64,000 nucleotides of DNA, taken from assembly GCA_029260115.1 (NCBI GenBank), contig JAJDDW010000014.1:10069-74068 (forward strand), read 5' to 3'. Each line of letters begins with the position of its first letter. The first letter of the stretch is position 1. Under the pieces are notes generated by a model. It had not been told where the DNA came from. It made no database searches and saw nothing but the letters and a program-made list of their open reading frames with translations. Below are positions 1 through 11,589 of the stretch, piece after piece. Origin of the DNA: Phycisphaerae bacterium. Lineage in GTDB: Bacteria > Planctomycetota > Phycisphaerae > UBA1845. A program made the position numbers and the translations under genes.

Positions 1-1098
1 TTAATCGTCTCAGCCGCAAGCACCAGCACCTGATCGCCAACACGATGACCTTGAAGATCGTTCACATCCTTAAAATCATCCAAATCGATCATAATGCAGG
101 CCAAGTTATGCTCGTAACGCTGCGCTTCTACAAAGGCCTGCCGCAGCGCTTCACCCAGATGACGACGGTTATACAAACCAGTCAGCGGATCACGGGAAGC
201 CAAATCACGCAACTGTTCGGTTCGCGTTAACACCCGCTGTTCCAACTCCGCATTCAATCGGAGCACACCTTCATGTGCCTGCTGATGCTGATCGGCCATA
301 CGATTAAAAGCCCGCGCTAGTTGGCCGATTTCATCCCGGCGCCCTTCCGGGCTTCGCACTTGAAGATCACCTTGCGAAAAATCCAGCATAGCCGTTGCCA
401 AAGCATGAAGCGGAGACGCGATCCTGCGAACCAGTAAAAAACCCAGCGGGATCGAAAAAACCAGTGCGATAATCCCTACACCAATCAGCATATCGATACT
501 ACTCGCAAGCGTTTTTCGATAAGTATTCGGCGGAATAGCCGTGCGAACGTACCCAGTCAAAACATGCGATGCTTCCTCCGCAGGGTTAGTAGCTAGGCTA
601 GTGTTGATTGGATAAACAATTTCGCGAAACGAAAGTCTCTCACTTTTCTTGCGCCATGACGTCGGCGTGCCCAGCGCACTTTTATTCAGTTTCCGCGATT
701 GAATCGCATAGCGATGTTCCGCAACCGCGCCCTGGTATGCCGAGGCCAGCACCTGGCCATTCGTATTGTAAATAACCACGTATACAAGCGGCGCTCCATC
801 CGCCGTGCGTTCAGCCAGTTGCGTGAGCGCCTGTGTATCAATCGGCGTCGCCATTAAAGGCCCGGCCGCCTCAGCCATCAGAGCAGACAATCCAACTATT
901 GCCTCATCCTGCTGCTGCCCCAGCGCCGCCACACTCGATTGAACCAGAAACGACGACGAAGCCCCTACGACAGCAATGCACAAAAACACTACCAGCGTCG
1001 TAGACCTGACCTGCAGACTTGCCAGCACATCACCCACTCGGCGAAACCAAGATGCATCGCTAGACAATCCTTCAGTTATATATCGCGGCTCGGGCATG
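1..1098 (-). CDS. Diguanylate cyclase (GGDEF) with N-terminal two-TM periplasmic sensor and HAMP-like linker; C-terminus truncated by window edge
   Basis: Reverse-complement of 1-120 translates to RYEHNLACIMIDLDDFKDVNDLQGHRVGDQVLVLAAETI, the GGDEF core. The frame stays open upstream to ATG at 1096-1098 (MPEPRYITEG...), with hydrophobic segments and a HAMP-like region (DFSQGDLQVRSPEGRRDEIGQLARAFNRMADQ). It has no stop inside the window, so it is absent from the ORF track. Confidence 0.8.
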
Positions 1099-1476
1099 AC
1101 ATCCACACAATAGAAACGTACCACACCGGTGGCTGCATCAACTAACCCTGGAAAACGCCAGAATCAACTGAACTATCGGAACCTAATCACCATCTCTGAA
1201 TGAGGTTACGCGGTTACCGACACTACTTATCAAACATTAACCCCCCCTCAATCCGCACAGAGCGCCCTAAATCGAGACACTCACATCACGTCCGATAATA
1301 ATTATGCCCAGCATGAGATATCAGCATCGTAGCGAATAGCTACTTACCGTGGGTGATATGGGTAAGCCACAGCTTTCCAGTGTCTATGAATAGATTGATC
1401 TATCTCTATATCCAGCCAGCTACAACCTTACATTTGGGGTGTAAGGGGGGATGGAGGGGAAATCCCAATTCGCTAA

Positions 1477-2475
1477 CTAAACCGGTAGATGGTCAGATTG
1501 CTGTTGAGCGCGTTCCCGCAATGTATCGAGTGCTTCACGAACTTCATTGGCCATACGGGCATTGGGAAACTCGCTCACGAGATTCAACCCGATGTTCAAC
1601 GCATCTTGCCAGCGTTTTTCGGTCACCGCGAACCGGAATTGAACGCCGAGTTGTAGCAGTTTTTCCTTGAAAACATCGCGGGCCGAGGCTTGTAACTCTT
1701 GGGCTTCACTTGAGGACAAATACGCGTCAAGCTCACGCAACACTTCTATAGCGTGGTCCGTATCACTTCGGCGAACTGCTTCGTCCCACTCCAGACGAAG
1801 CTCAGCCTTACGCTTGTCCTTCAAGGAGATCATCCGATCTCGTAACGTCTGAGTCTTGGGATTACCTGGAAGCGCCATCCCCATCCGATCAATCTCTGAA
1901 GAGGCCTGATCCCAATCGTGGTCGTACAATAGTTTTTCAATGTGCTCGACCATTCGGTCTAACTTTATGACGACCGCCGCTGACCGGGCTTCGTCTAATT
2001 CCTCGCGCAACGCCTCAGCCTCGTCGCGGTAGCCAAATCTCTGCTCCATCTTGCCCACTAAGTTGAGCGCAGATTCCCATCTTCGCGATTTAATTTCTGC
2101 TCGGATCGCACCGCGCAAGCCTTCTAATTCCTGATCTCGATGTGCAAGACCCTTAGCCGCATCTGATATAAGCGTATTTTCTGCAATGGTACTAAGAAAC
2201 GTATTCTGCTTGCTTAAGCTCTCTTCTAGCGAGTGAAGTTGGTGCAAGTTTCGTGTCAGCGTTGCTTCGATCTTCAATAGCAGCGGCATCAGCGTAGCCA
2301 AGGTCAACACAACCAAGAGCATGGCCCCACCTACTACAAATAGCCATGTCGAGGAGGTGGCCGTGAAGCCAATGACTCCCGCGCCGATCGCACAGGCCGC
2401 GCCTATCAAGGCTACGACGCACACTGCGTTGTGCAGCCATCGAAGCTGGGAAAATCTTTCTGGAGGTAATGACAT
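1477..2475 (-). CDS. Hypothetical membrane protein with 2 N-terminal TM helices and long alpha-helical/coiled-coil cytoplasmic region
   Basis: 332-aa ORF. Two hydrophobic stretches are followed by charged heptad-like sequence (EELDEARSA..., LRELDAYLSSSEAQELQ). It lies directly upstream of the GGDEF gene on the same strand. Confidence 0.55.
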   Translation of the reverse strand: MSLPPERFSQLRWLHNAVCVVALIGAACAIGAGVIGFTATSSTWLFVVGGAMLLVVLTLATLMPLLLKIEATLTRNLHQLHSLEESLSKQNTFLSTIAENTLISDAAKGLAHRDQELEGLRGAIRAEIKSRRWESALNLVGKMEQRFGYRDEAEALREELDEARSAAVVIKLDRMVEHIEKLLYDHDWDQASSEIDRMGMALPGNPKTQTLRDRMISLKDKRKAELRLEWDEAVRRSDTDHAIEVLRELDAYLSSSEAQELQASARDVFKEKLLQLGVQFRFAVTEKRWQDALNIGLNLVSEFPNARMANEVREALDTLRERAQQQSDHLPV

Positions 2476-3194
2476 CGCTATCCCTCAATTCGAGCCGTTT
2501 GATGACGGCAAACCACGTCCGCCTTGGCCAGCGTAAACGTCTCGCTACCCTCCTCATCGGCTTTGCCCGCCACACAACCGCAGCCCTCAGACCATATAAA
2601 TCCTATGCCCAGACCGCGCCGAGTCAACAATTTCGCCTATAACATCTGTTTCAGGGTAACAGCAGTACTTGATTTCCAGCAGTAAGTTGGCAAAGACGCT
2701 GTACCCACCGTCCCATGAGACCAGGCGCTCAGCTAAACACGTAGCTTCCTTCGCTCCCGCGCTAGTTTGTGCGTTAACACGATTTTGCTATCTACGAAGA
2801 ATTTTAGAAAAAACATCGCCCCAGCGACGCTAATGCCCATCCAAAACATGAATATTTCAAAACTCATCGCAATCGGCGCTCCCAATAACGCTGATTTATC
2901 GACGAATCGGGCTATGTAGTTGGGTTATTTGGCCACGCCTAATAACGTGGCTTCTCCTGCGAAATAGTGACGGGGCAACGGTAGGGACTGGCTTGAACCT
3001 GCAGTGCGATCGTCAAAGGGCTAAATATCGCAAATGTCGCGAATGTCTTCGATGGGGTAACACACGCGACGTATCTAACACTCATGTTGATGGCGCTTGT
3101 CGCGGGGAATTGGTAATTTACGTTCTGATAATCGCTTCTTCTTGGTACACATCATCGCTCAGGCCTGTAGACTATGCGATGAGCCATCATCTAC

Positions 3195-4121
3195 CTACTG
3201 CGCGTTGCGGTATTCGATAAAGTCTTTAATTAGCTGCTTGGTAATGGGGCCTGGTAGGCCATCGCCCACGGTGCGATGTTCGATTTCTACAATCGGAATG
3301 ACCTCCGCAGCCGTACCCGTTGCGAAACATTCTTCCGCAATGTACAGGTCGTGACGAATAAGCGATTTTTCAGTCATGTCTAACCCGCGTTTACGGGCTA
3401 AATCCATGACCAAGTTGCGCGTGACACCTTCAAGGATGCCTTCCGAAGTTGGTGGCGTGAACACTTTTCCTTCGTGTATGATGAAAATATTATCGCCAGT
3501 ACACTCAGACACATGCCCCTGCGCGGTCAACATGATGGCTTCGTCCGCGCCGCAATCGTTGGCCTGCAACTTAGCCATAATGTTGTTAAGGTAGTTAAGC
3601 GACTTCACGCGTGGGCTGGTGCTGTTGGGCGCGTTACGCGTAATATTGGATATAACACAGCGCAGACCTCGTTCATAAACTTCTGGCGGATATAGCGCAA
3701 TTTTGTCGGCAATAATAAACACGGTTGGACATGCGGTATGCTTAACTGAAATACCTAACGACCCAACGCCGCGCGTCACCACCAGGCGAATGTAGCCATC
3801 CTTGGTGATGTTGTTAGCCTGCATGGCTTCACGCATCGCCTTGGACAGTTCATCAGACGTCATGGGAATCTCAAGACGAATTGACTTAGCTGATTCAAAG
3901 ATGCGCTTAACATGCTCAGCTTCTTTGAAAATCTTACCGTTGTAAATTCGTATGCCCTCGAATACGCCATCGCCATACAAAATAGCATGATCGAATACGT
4001 TAATGGTCGCTTCAGCCGACGGCACCAATTGTCCGTCCAACCAAACTTTCATGTCCGCGCGTGGCGAAAATGGATTATCTTGCATCCCTTTTGTCTCTAC
4101 ATCAGAAATGGCCATGCTCAT
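3195..4121 (-). CDS. ilvE: Branched-chain amino acid aminotransferase (class IV PLP fold)
   Basis: 308 aa. It matches the IlvE family along its full length (NVFDHAILYGDGVFEGIRIY, RLVVTRG, ECFATGTAAEVIPIVEID). Confidence 0.85.
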   Translation of the reverse strand: MSMAISDVETKGMQDNPFSPRADMKVWLDGQLVPSAEATINVFDHAILYGDGVFEGIRIYNGKIFKEAEHVKRIFESAKSIRLEIPMTSDELSKAMREAMQANNITKDGYIRLVVTRGVGSLGISVKHTACPTVFIIADKIALYPPEVYERGLRCVISNITRNAPNSTSPRVKSLNYLNNIMAKLQANDCGADEAIMLTAQGHVSECTGDNIFIIHEGKVFTPPTSEGILEGVTRNLVMDLARKRGLDMTEKSLIRHDLYIAEECFATGTAAEVIPIVEIEHRTVGDGLPGPITKQLIKDFIEYRNAQ

Positions 4122-4145
4122 AGCAACACCTCAATATTATACACT

Positions 4146-4895
4146 TCAAGCCAATGCCGGCGAACCCTTCGTCGCGGCGACTTTTTCAATCTTGCCGCCA
4201 GTCAACCGGACTTGCCGATGGGCACGCACTGCCACCCGGACATCGTGCGTGACCATAATTATTGTCTGACCGGCGGTATTGAATTCTGTCAACAGTTCCA
4301 GAATTTCAGCCCCGATCTTCTCGTCTAAATTACCGGTAGGTTCGTCCGCTAGCAAGAGCGTGGGCTCATTGATTAACGCACGCGCAATGGCTACACGCTG
4401 CCTTTCACCCCCAGAAAGCTCGTTCGGGCGGTGTTTAACGCGATGTGACAGGCCGACACGGTCTAACATCGCATGAGCCGCTTTTTTCGCTTCTCGACGA
4501 TGAGAAAGCCATTTGAAGGTGGGTGTGCCGATCAATCGCGGAATAATCACGTTTTCCAGCACGGTCAATTCCGGCAACAAATGATAAAACTGAAACACAA
4601 AGCCCACCTCGCGGTTCCGATAATCTTCGCGAGACTTTTTTGTGCGCTGAAACACGCTTTTACCGTGAAACTCGACATCGCCACGATCAGGAATATCTAG
4701 CGCGCCCAGCAAATGCAGTAATGTACTTTTGCCCGACCCGCTAGAGCCTAGAATCACCAAGAATTCTCCAGCTTTCGCAGACAAAGACACACCAGACAAG
4801 ACATCTACAGACGCCCTACCCATCGCATAAGATTTATATAGATTGTGCGCACGTAACATAAATTTTACTCGTATCGCAAAGCCTTCACTGGCCAA
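4146..4895 (-). CDS. ABC transporter ATP-binding protein, LolD/MacB family
   Basis: Walker [12 protein letters not shown], signature [15 protein letters not shown] and Walker [13 protein letters not shown]. Its start overlaps the FtsX-type permease gene by 31 nt. Confidence 0.85.
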   Translation of the reverse strand: MASEGFAIRVKFMLRAHNLYKSYAMGRASVDVLSGVSLSAKAGEFLVILGSSGSGKSTLLHLLGALDIPDRGDVEFHGKSVFQRTKKSREDYRNREVGFVFQFYHLLPELTVLENVIIPRLIGTPTFKWLSHRREAKKAAHAMLDRVGLSHRVKHRPNELSGGERQRVAIARALINEPTLLLADEPTGNLDEKIGAEILELLTEFNTAGQTIIMVTHDVRVAVRAHRQVRLTGGKIEKVAATKGSPALA

Positions 4896-6457
4896 ATGAG
4901 ACCGGCTATCGTCGCTGGAATAATCGAACCAGCCACCGAAGCCAACACAGCTACCACACCTACACCTAAAGCATCCCAGGTATTTACAATTTCAGGAATT
5001 TTATCAAAAGAATAAACCTCAGGACTCCACACCCGCAATTGCGGATTTAGCGCGGCAAGGAAAGCTTGGATATCGTTTATATTCCACACAAACACAACGC
5101 CTAATGTCGTACCTAAAACCGCGCCACAAATACCGACGGCTAAGGCATAAGCCACGAATAGACCAGCTACGCCTCTTGCCGAAGCGCCGATGGCTTTTAG
5201 TATGCCAATGTCCCGTGTTTTCTTTTCCACGATCATGTAAAAAACACAACCGACCAAGGCCATGGCTACTAAGCTAATCAGCGAAAACAGGATCGTGACA
5301 AGAACTTTTTCTTTTTCTACCGCCTGGATAAACGGTCGTTGCAAATCTTCCCAGGTCATCACGTCAACACCCGACAGCAACTGCATGTCAGTCATACTTG
5401 GCTGGTCACCCAGCGACTCCTGAAATTTTTCCCAGGCAGCGGCGACAATAGCCTTGCCTGTCTCAAGGTCGGTACCACTGCGTAAACTGATGAGCAATTG
5501 ATTCACGCGTGCCTTAGTCATCCCGCCATCGGCCAACGTCTGCGGATCCATGGCTAATTTGTGTTGTAACATGTCCAGATCGACGTAGATACAAAGATCG
5601 TCAATCTCAAAAATACCCGTGCGCGAATCGTCCACATATCGAAGCGGCAAACGCACGGGAGGTTCTCCAGTTACATTGCCTGCTGGTGAAATGGGCATGA
5701 GCGTCAAGGCGATGTCAGCGCCACGGGCGAGATGGCGATCAAAATCACCGTCATTGCGACGATCATTGAGTAAATCACAACCAATAATGACCCCGCTATT
5801 TTCCGGGCCTACATAACCAGGGCCCTCGTCGCCGAAAGCATAAACACGGTTAGCAGGATATTGGGTCGTCACATAGGGCGGATACATAGCCATTTCGTAG
5901 GGATGGGCAGTATATTCTGATTTTTTCTCTGCATCGGTTTCCGATTCACGCCATCGGGCATTGGCCGCTTCCAAATCAGCGGGCAGCACAAGTCGCTGTT
6001 TATCATCAATCCCGCCGATCGGCATACGTTGAGGCCCTAGACGCGTTGTCCCCGGAAAATAATGTTCGTAATGCAGGCCTTGCTTGAAATCGTTTACTTG
6101 CGCATATTCATTTAGGCGCATCCCCACGACTCTTGAAGGTCTTGTATATGTGGTCGCGGGCACCCGAAAAATGCCGTAGGTATAAATCACCGGCGTGGTG
6201 ACAGAGACCACGTCTTTATGGTTGTCCTGCAGATATTGCTGAAATTCTTCGTAGTAAGGAAAGCCTTGCAGCGTACCAGTATCTAACACAATTTCACTGT
6301 GCAATCCGCGCGAACGTTCTCGAATGGTATCAAGAAAACCGCCCATCACGCTCATCACCACCAGCACCATAGCTACGCACAGCGTCACGCTAGCAATGCC
6401 AAAAAACGCGATGAGTTTGGTGTGCAGATAACGCCAAGCGAGGAACCATTTATACAT
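4865..6457 (-). CDS. ABC transporter permease, FtsX family (LolC/E- or MacB-like) with large periplasmic domain
   Basis: 530 aa. An N-terminal TM helix, a periplasmic domain of about 300 aa, and 3 C-terminal TM helices match FtsX/LolE topology. It is coupled to the ABC ATPase gene. Confidence 0.75.
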   Translation of the reverse strand: MYKWFLAWRYLHTKLIAFFGIASVTLCVAMVLVVMSVMGGFLDTIRERSRGLHSEIVLDTGTLQGFPYYEEFQQYLQDNHKDVVSVTTPVIYTYGIFRVPATTYTRPSRVVGMRLNEYAQVNDFKQGLHYEHYFPGTTRLGPQRMPIGGIDDKQRLVLPADLEAANARWRESETDAEKKSEYTAHPYEMAMYPPYVTTQYPANRVYAFGDEGPGYVGPENSGVIIGCDLLNDRRNDGDFDRHLARGADIALTLMPISPAGNVTGEPPVRLPLRYVDDSRTGIFEIDDLCIYVDLDMLQHKLAMDPQTLADGGMTKARVNQLLISLRSGTDLETGKAIVAAAWEKFQESLGDQPSMTDMQLLSGVDVMTWEDLQRPFIQAVEKEKVLVTILFSLISLVAMALVGCVFYMIVEKKTRDIGILKAIGASARGVAGLFVAYALAVGICGAVLGTTLGVVFVWNINDIQAFLAALNPQLRVWSPEVYSFDKIPEIVNTWDALGVGVVAVLASVAGSIIPATIAGLIWPVKALRYE

Positions 6458-6458
6458 A

Positions 6459-8090
6459 CTAACTGCCTCCCGAAGCTAGAGGTCTTTGCAGGGGAAACAG
6501 AATGACATCGCGAATGCTGGGGCAATCCGTGAGTAACATGACCAAGCGATCAATCCCCACGCCAAGCCCGCCCGCAGGCGGCATGCCGTATTCTAACGCC
6601 ATGACGAAATCTTCATCCATGATAGCCATGGTCTCATCGCCCTCGCCGGTAATTTTATGAGATAAGTTTTCTCGCTGAATGTCTGGATCATTTAGTTCGC
6701 TATACGCATTGCCTAATTCCATCGTGGCTGCGAACGCCTCAAAACGCAACGCTACAGCAGCGTCTTCAGGGTCGCGGCGGGTCAGCGGGCAAATCGCTGC
6801 AGGATAATCATACACAAAGGTAGGCTGAATCAAATGCCGCTCGACTGTAGCTTCAAACACGTCGTTAATGACCACGGCATCGGCCTTGTTAGCCACAACT
6901 ATACCCAGTGCCTTCGCCTTGGCATGAACCGCCGCGCGATCAGTAATCGACACACCAGCGTATTCTTGAAGTAAATCCGCATATTTCTTGCGCGACCAAG
7001 GTGGCGTAAAATCTAAAGCAACGCCATTAAATACACCTACTTGTCGACCTGCTTTAATCGCATCTCGCGCTTCAATATAAACCTCGACATGATGTTCGTC
7101 GGCAAATTCTTGCGCTTCAGGCTCGCCTTTATCTTCTTTGATTCGGCGAATTTCGTCTTCTAACCAGGCTGCCCGCAACGGGACCGCTGACTTTGTCGAC
7201 ACCGCAAACGCCGCAGACACCATGCCCTCCACCCGGTCCATCATGACGTTGTAATCCGCATAAGCTTCGTACAATTCGACCATGGTGAATTCGGGATTAT
7301 GCTTCGTGCTGATGCCTTCATTGCGAAAATTGCGGCTAATTTCAAATACGCGATCCATACCACCGACAAGCAGCCGCTTGAGGTATAACTCCGGGCTGAT
7401 GCGCAGAAACAAGTCCAAATCGAGGGTGTTGTGATGGGTAGTAAAAGGCCTGGCAGCTGCCCCGCCGTATATGGGCTGGAGGACGGGGGTTTCAACTTCA
7501 AAATAATGCTCGTTGACGAGATATTGACGCACCGCATGAACGATGGAACTGCGCAACCGAAAAACATCTCGCACCTTCGGATTGGCAAACAAATCCACGT
7601 AGCGCATACGATATCGCAAATCTACATCGCTAAGCCCATGCCATTTCTCTGGCGGAGACCGCAAAGCCTTACTAAGCACAGTGACCTGCGTGGCCCAGAC
7701 GGTCAATTCGTCTGTCTTGGTTTTCCCGATGGTACCTTCGACACCGATGATGTCACCAAGCAGCAGCGTTTTCACCAATGCCCATTGGTCGTCGCCCATA
7801 TCTGCGCGACTTAGACCTATCTGCATCTGACCTTCGCCGTCACGAACTCTGAAAAATGCGAGCTTGCCCATAACGCGGTGTAACATAATCCTGCCGGCTA
7901 TGCGAACACTCGAGCTGCTTCTTTCGCCCGGGCCTAGCCCTAGAGACTCGCCAACCGAACGCACCCCCTGCGTCGAAACGACATTCTCATATCGCCCGCC
8001 GTAAGGATCAAGCCCCATGCTCGCCACCGCATCGCGTTTAATGCGGCGCTGGTCCATGAGTAGTTGTTGTTCTGTTTTTTTCGGTTTCAT
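6459..8090 (-). CDS. lysS: Lysyl-tRNA synthetase, class II
   Basis: 543 aa. Anticodon-binding OB fold followed by a class II core (FRNEGISTKHNPEFTMVELYEAY, MELGNAYSELNDP, GGLGVGIDRLVMLLT). Confidence 0.9.
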   Translation of the reverse strand: MKPKKTEQQLLMDQRRIKRDAVASMGLDPYGGRYENVVSTQGVRSVGESLGLGPGERSSSSVRIAGRIMLHRVMGKLAFFRVRDGEGQMQIGLSRADMGDDQWALVKTLLLGDIIGVEGTIGKTKTDELTVWATQVTVLSKALRSPPEKWHGLSDVDLRYRMRYVDLFANPKVRDVFRLRSSIVHAVRQYLVNEHYFEVETPVLQPIYGGAAARPFTTHHNTLDLDLFLRISPELYLKRLLVGGMDRVFEISRNFRNEGISTKHNPEFTMVELYEAYADYNVMMDRVEGMVSAAFAVSTKSAVPLRAAWLEDEIRRIKEDKGEPEAQEFADEHHVEVYIEARDAIKAGRQVGVFNGVALDFTPPWSRKKYADLLQEYAGVSITDRAAVHAKAKALGIVVANKADAVVINDVFEATVERHLIQPTFVYDYPAAICPLTRRDPEDAAVALRFEAFAATMELGNAYSELNDPDIQRENLSHKITGEGDETMAIMDEDFVMALEYGMPPAGGLGVGIDRLVMLLTDCPSIRDVILFPLQRPLASGGS

Positions 8091-8419
8091 TCTTTTGCAC
8101 TTACTAGTCGAGCAATGCGGCGCAAAACGCAGAATCTCTGGAAGAAACTTGCTTTCGGCACGGCAGCAGAATAGCGCTGGCTTTAGTCATCGCGAGCCTA
8201 TGCGTAGCACTCGATCCTAACATGGTTGGCACGTTGCAGCAATCGTCGAAAATCCTGTTGCGCGGGAAGACGTGCATAACAGTCTAGGCGGGAGGCCCAT
8301 TCTTCGCGTCACGTCGTGCACGCTGCAAATCGTACTCACGTCCAGTGGTGCAAAGAGTGGGGCGCGCCACACTCGAAAATGTCATGCATCCGAATTGGCA
8401 AGCCACGCTGAAAAAGCCT

Positions 8420-10738
8420 TTAGCCGCCGTAGTAGCTGCGTAGAATTTCGCTTGCTTGGTTATTGGTCAGGTTCATCGCGCCGAGCGCTTCACTGGCAGC
8501 CGTGCGAATGACCAGATCGTCGCCTTGGGCAGCCATACTCACTAAGGCGTCAATCTGAGACTGTCCTAACATGTTGCCATGTCTCTTGGCGGATTCTGCA
8601 AGATCACGAAAAGCAGCTACGCGTAATGTCGTCGTGCGACCATCGTCCATCGCTACCGTGGCTATACCTTGCTGAGCAGTGTTGGATGGAGACAAGGCCA
8701 AGACAGACGCAGCTGAAATTTGTAGTGGCTCGTCGGCCGCTTCCAACGCAGCCAATAATGCGGGCTGAGCGACTGATAAATCTAAAACCGTTCTACCATT
8801 CAACGCCAAGCGATGTAGCGTCTCTACCGATTGCTTAGCTAGCGTCAGCGAAAGCGCATCGTCAATCATCGACCGACCCGTCTTCGCTTGTAGTCGTGAT
8901 AATGCATCCGCAATAGCCGCATCATCCGCATGGCTATTGACGGCCGCTACAAACGGATAACGGGCAGCTAAATCCTCAGCCATTAAATCATGCGTTGGCT
9001 TAGTTAGTAGTACAATCGGCGTCTTGGCGTACTGGAATTCGGATCGAAACTTGCCAATAACATTAGCTACGTCAGGTTCGGTTACATCGGTGGAAACTAG
9101 TAGCATGGCGATGGACTGCGTCTCTTCTCGAACGCGCGTCATAGCGGGATAAAAGCTAGCATCTGCAATCACCGTCCGGCCACCGCTGCGCATGACACTT
9201 GCGACGCGGTTGCGATTTTGCTGGTCGGTATCGAGCACCAATACCTGTTCCCGGCCACTAAGCGTCACAGCTTGCGCCAATACGGGTACGACGAACTGGG
9301 CATCAGCGAATGGCGTCGTGGGAAGCGCGGCACCTAAAGCTAAGGCCGCCCGAACGCGAACGAGTAAATCAGGAAAACGCAGCGCCTGAACCAAAGGTTG
9401 TTTGATATCTTCGCTGCCGACTAGCGAACTCTGCCCTGCCGTAATACGCAGCGCTTCGATCGCACCTAATGCCACAGCCGTATCGCTTTCTTTGACCGCC
9501 CGAGCTAATACAAGATGGGCATAGCGAGGGCCAGCCGCTTGAGAGAAATATCGGGCACGGGGATAAGCAGCAGGACGTGTGGGATCAGCATCGCCGACCT
9601 CACCAGGATCACCGCTTTCTACATTCATGCCCAATCGACCTTCACGGCGAATGTTCGAAGCTAGCCAAAGCGCGATGGCGGGTGCATGGTCATGCTCGAG
9701 AAGAAGAACCTCCTCGCAGCAACGCATAGCCATCACCTGGCCAAAAATTGAGGTAGAAACCACAGTCGCACGAAGCGATTGCTCCGCATCATCCCAATAC
9801 CAGACATTCGCCTCGTTTAGTCTTGGATCAGCACGAACAGCCGGGTCTTCGTGGTAGAACCACTCCGCGAGACCAAAGAACTGGTCCTTCGCATCACCGG
9901 AAATATTTCGACCGGAAATTGCCTTAATGCGCGAAACAGCCGCTGCAGCAGCGAATTTGCTCTCACTGGGCATATTTTCGTCTAGGACGAGCCGGTTCAA
10001 ATACGGCACCGCTTGAGGATATCCAATCTCGCCCAACGCACGGATCACATGGACCCGCACATCGTTATTGCCCATGCGTAAAGCCATGGTCAACGGACGC
10101 ACAGCGCCTTTACCCAACTTAGTCAACGACACAATAACGCGAGGCCAAAGCACTTTCTGTTGGCTATCGAGCAGCGTCGCGATAAGCGGCGGCACGGCGT
10201 ATTCACCAGATTCGATGAGACGCTGCTGGGCAAAAAATTCCTGCTGAGGATTACCGCCTAGAAGCGTGATGTTTTCACGTATGCGATCACTCTGCTTGCG
10301 TTCGTCGTGCTCGCCCTGTTGGATCAGATCAAGCACGCGTTTTGCACTATCGCCGATAGACGAGTTAGCAATGATAATCAGCAGCGTGTTAAGACTATCT
10401 TTGTCTCTACTAGCCGCTTCCATCACCTTGACCGGATCAAGTTCCGGGTGGGCCAATAACGCCTGTGCATAACCATCCGCAGTGTTAAATCGCCCCATAC
10501 GGGCATAGTGCAAGAAATCGGTAAATAGTGATTCGACTGTCGCCCCGGCCGGCACAGCTACCTTAGCAGCTTCATCCTGTTCGCCGTCTTGCGCAAAAGC
10601 TGGCGATGTGATGGCCAGCCCTGCAGATAGCAACATGCCTATTAGCAACATGCGCAAACATAGTCGATTTCGATTGTGTACTTGAAATGACGCCAAAAGC
10701 ATCGAGACCTCCCGTATTCTGGAGTATAAACTCATCAA
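8420..10738 (-). CDS. Secreted HEAT/PBS-lyase-like repeat protein
   Basis: 772 aa. An N-terminal signal peptide (…LSAGLAITSPAFAQD) is followed by repeated alpha-solenoid units (VRVHVIRALGEIGYPQAVPYLNRLV, LVRVRAALALGAAL). Confidence 0.6.
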   Translation of the reverse strand: MMSLYSRIREVSMLLASFQVHNRNRLCLRMLLIGMLLSAGLAITSPAFAQDGEQDEAAKVAVPAGATVESLFTDFLHYARMGRFNTADGYAQALLAHPELDPVKVMEAASRDKDSLNTLLIIIANSSIGDSAKRVLDLIQQGEHDERKQSDRIRENITLLGGNPQQEFFAQQRLIESGEYAVPPLIATLLDSQQKVLWPRVIVSLTKLGKGAVRPLTMALRMGNNDVRVHVIRALGEIGYPQAVPYLNRLVLDENMPSESKFAAAAAVSRIKAISGRNISGDAKDQFFGLAEWFYHEDPAVRADPRLNEANVWYWDDAEQSLRATVVSTSIFGQVMAMRCCEEVLLLEHDHAPAIALWLASNIRREGRLGMNVESGDPGEVGDADPTRPAAYPRARYFSQAAGPRYAHLVLARAVKESDTAVALGAIEALRITAGQSSLVGSEDIKQPLVQALRFPDLLVRVRAALALGAALPTTPFADAQFVVPVLAQAVTLSGREQVLVLDTDQQNRNRVASVMRSGGRTVIADASFYPAMTRVREETQSIAMLLVSTDVTEPDVANVIGKFRSEFQYAKTPIVLLTKPTHDLMAEDLAARYPFVAAVNSHADDAAIADALSRLQAKTGRSMIDDALSLTLAKQSVETLHRLALNGRTVLDLSVAQPALLAALEAADEPLQISAASVLALSPSNTAQQGIATVAMDDGRTTTLRVAAFRDLAESAKRHGNMLGQSQIDALVSMAAQGDDLVIRTAASEALGAMNLTNNQASEILRSYYGG

Positions 10739-11589
10739 TCAGTCCCCACAGGCATGAGCCCTATATAGCCGCAGGCACAGACGCCTGCTCCCCTATCTCA
10801 CAAGGGAATCAGTATAGGGTCAATGAATTCGCGGTCAACGTAATGCCAGGCAGCGGCCGAGTAGGCACAACTTTTCAGCCAATGACCACCGTTCAGGCAA
10901 TTGCTGTAGCCGTAATACGGGCTAAAAGCTCAATAGCTGGCACTACATCCCTATTTTTTTGCCCTCAACCCAGAAATGGATGGGCACATGGCAAGAAAAT
11001 CCGGGATCGTCCACAGACTAGATATTTTGCAAAATAGCTACACTACCAGCCGCCGTGATACCCAAGAGGATTGTGTTCACAACCTCAAAGAAGCCCGTTG
11101 TATCACAGCCAGCCACTTGAAATATAATCGCTCCAGTAGCTACGGCCTTGCAGAAGCGCAACATCGAAGACTTATTCACAGTTGAATCCTCCTACACCTA
11201 AACAAAGGTTTACCACTATCCATAACTCCGCTACACACGCCGACGGAGGAGGGTAAGTCTAGCCAGTCACGATGCAACGTCAATTTTGGCTCGAGAAAGC
11301 ATCTCAATTCGGAATCTGTGAGTTTCTTAGTAGGCTACCCACGATACACCGGCTCTACATGTGTGTCGATCGCACTGTCACCCCTCTTTTAGACCATTCA
11401 ACGTTCTACAAGATTGTAATTCGAAATGCTCATTTATCTGACCTTTGCAATAAGTTATTTGGAAGATCACGCCCCCATCACATTAACTTTGCACCACATC
11501 GTCATACTTCCGCTCATGAAATACGTGTCAGACATATCAGTATTGATAGTCACACCAAGTGATGAAATTTAGAAAGGATCAGACAAAAG

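Noticed and set aside
2192-2575. 127-aa minus-strand ORF overlapping the membrane coiled-coil gene
   Set aside because: An alternative frame of 1477-2475 with an Arg-rich translation. No independent support.
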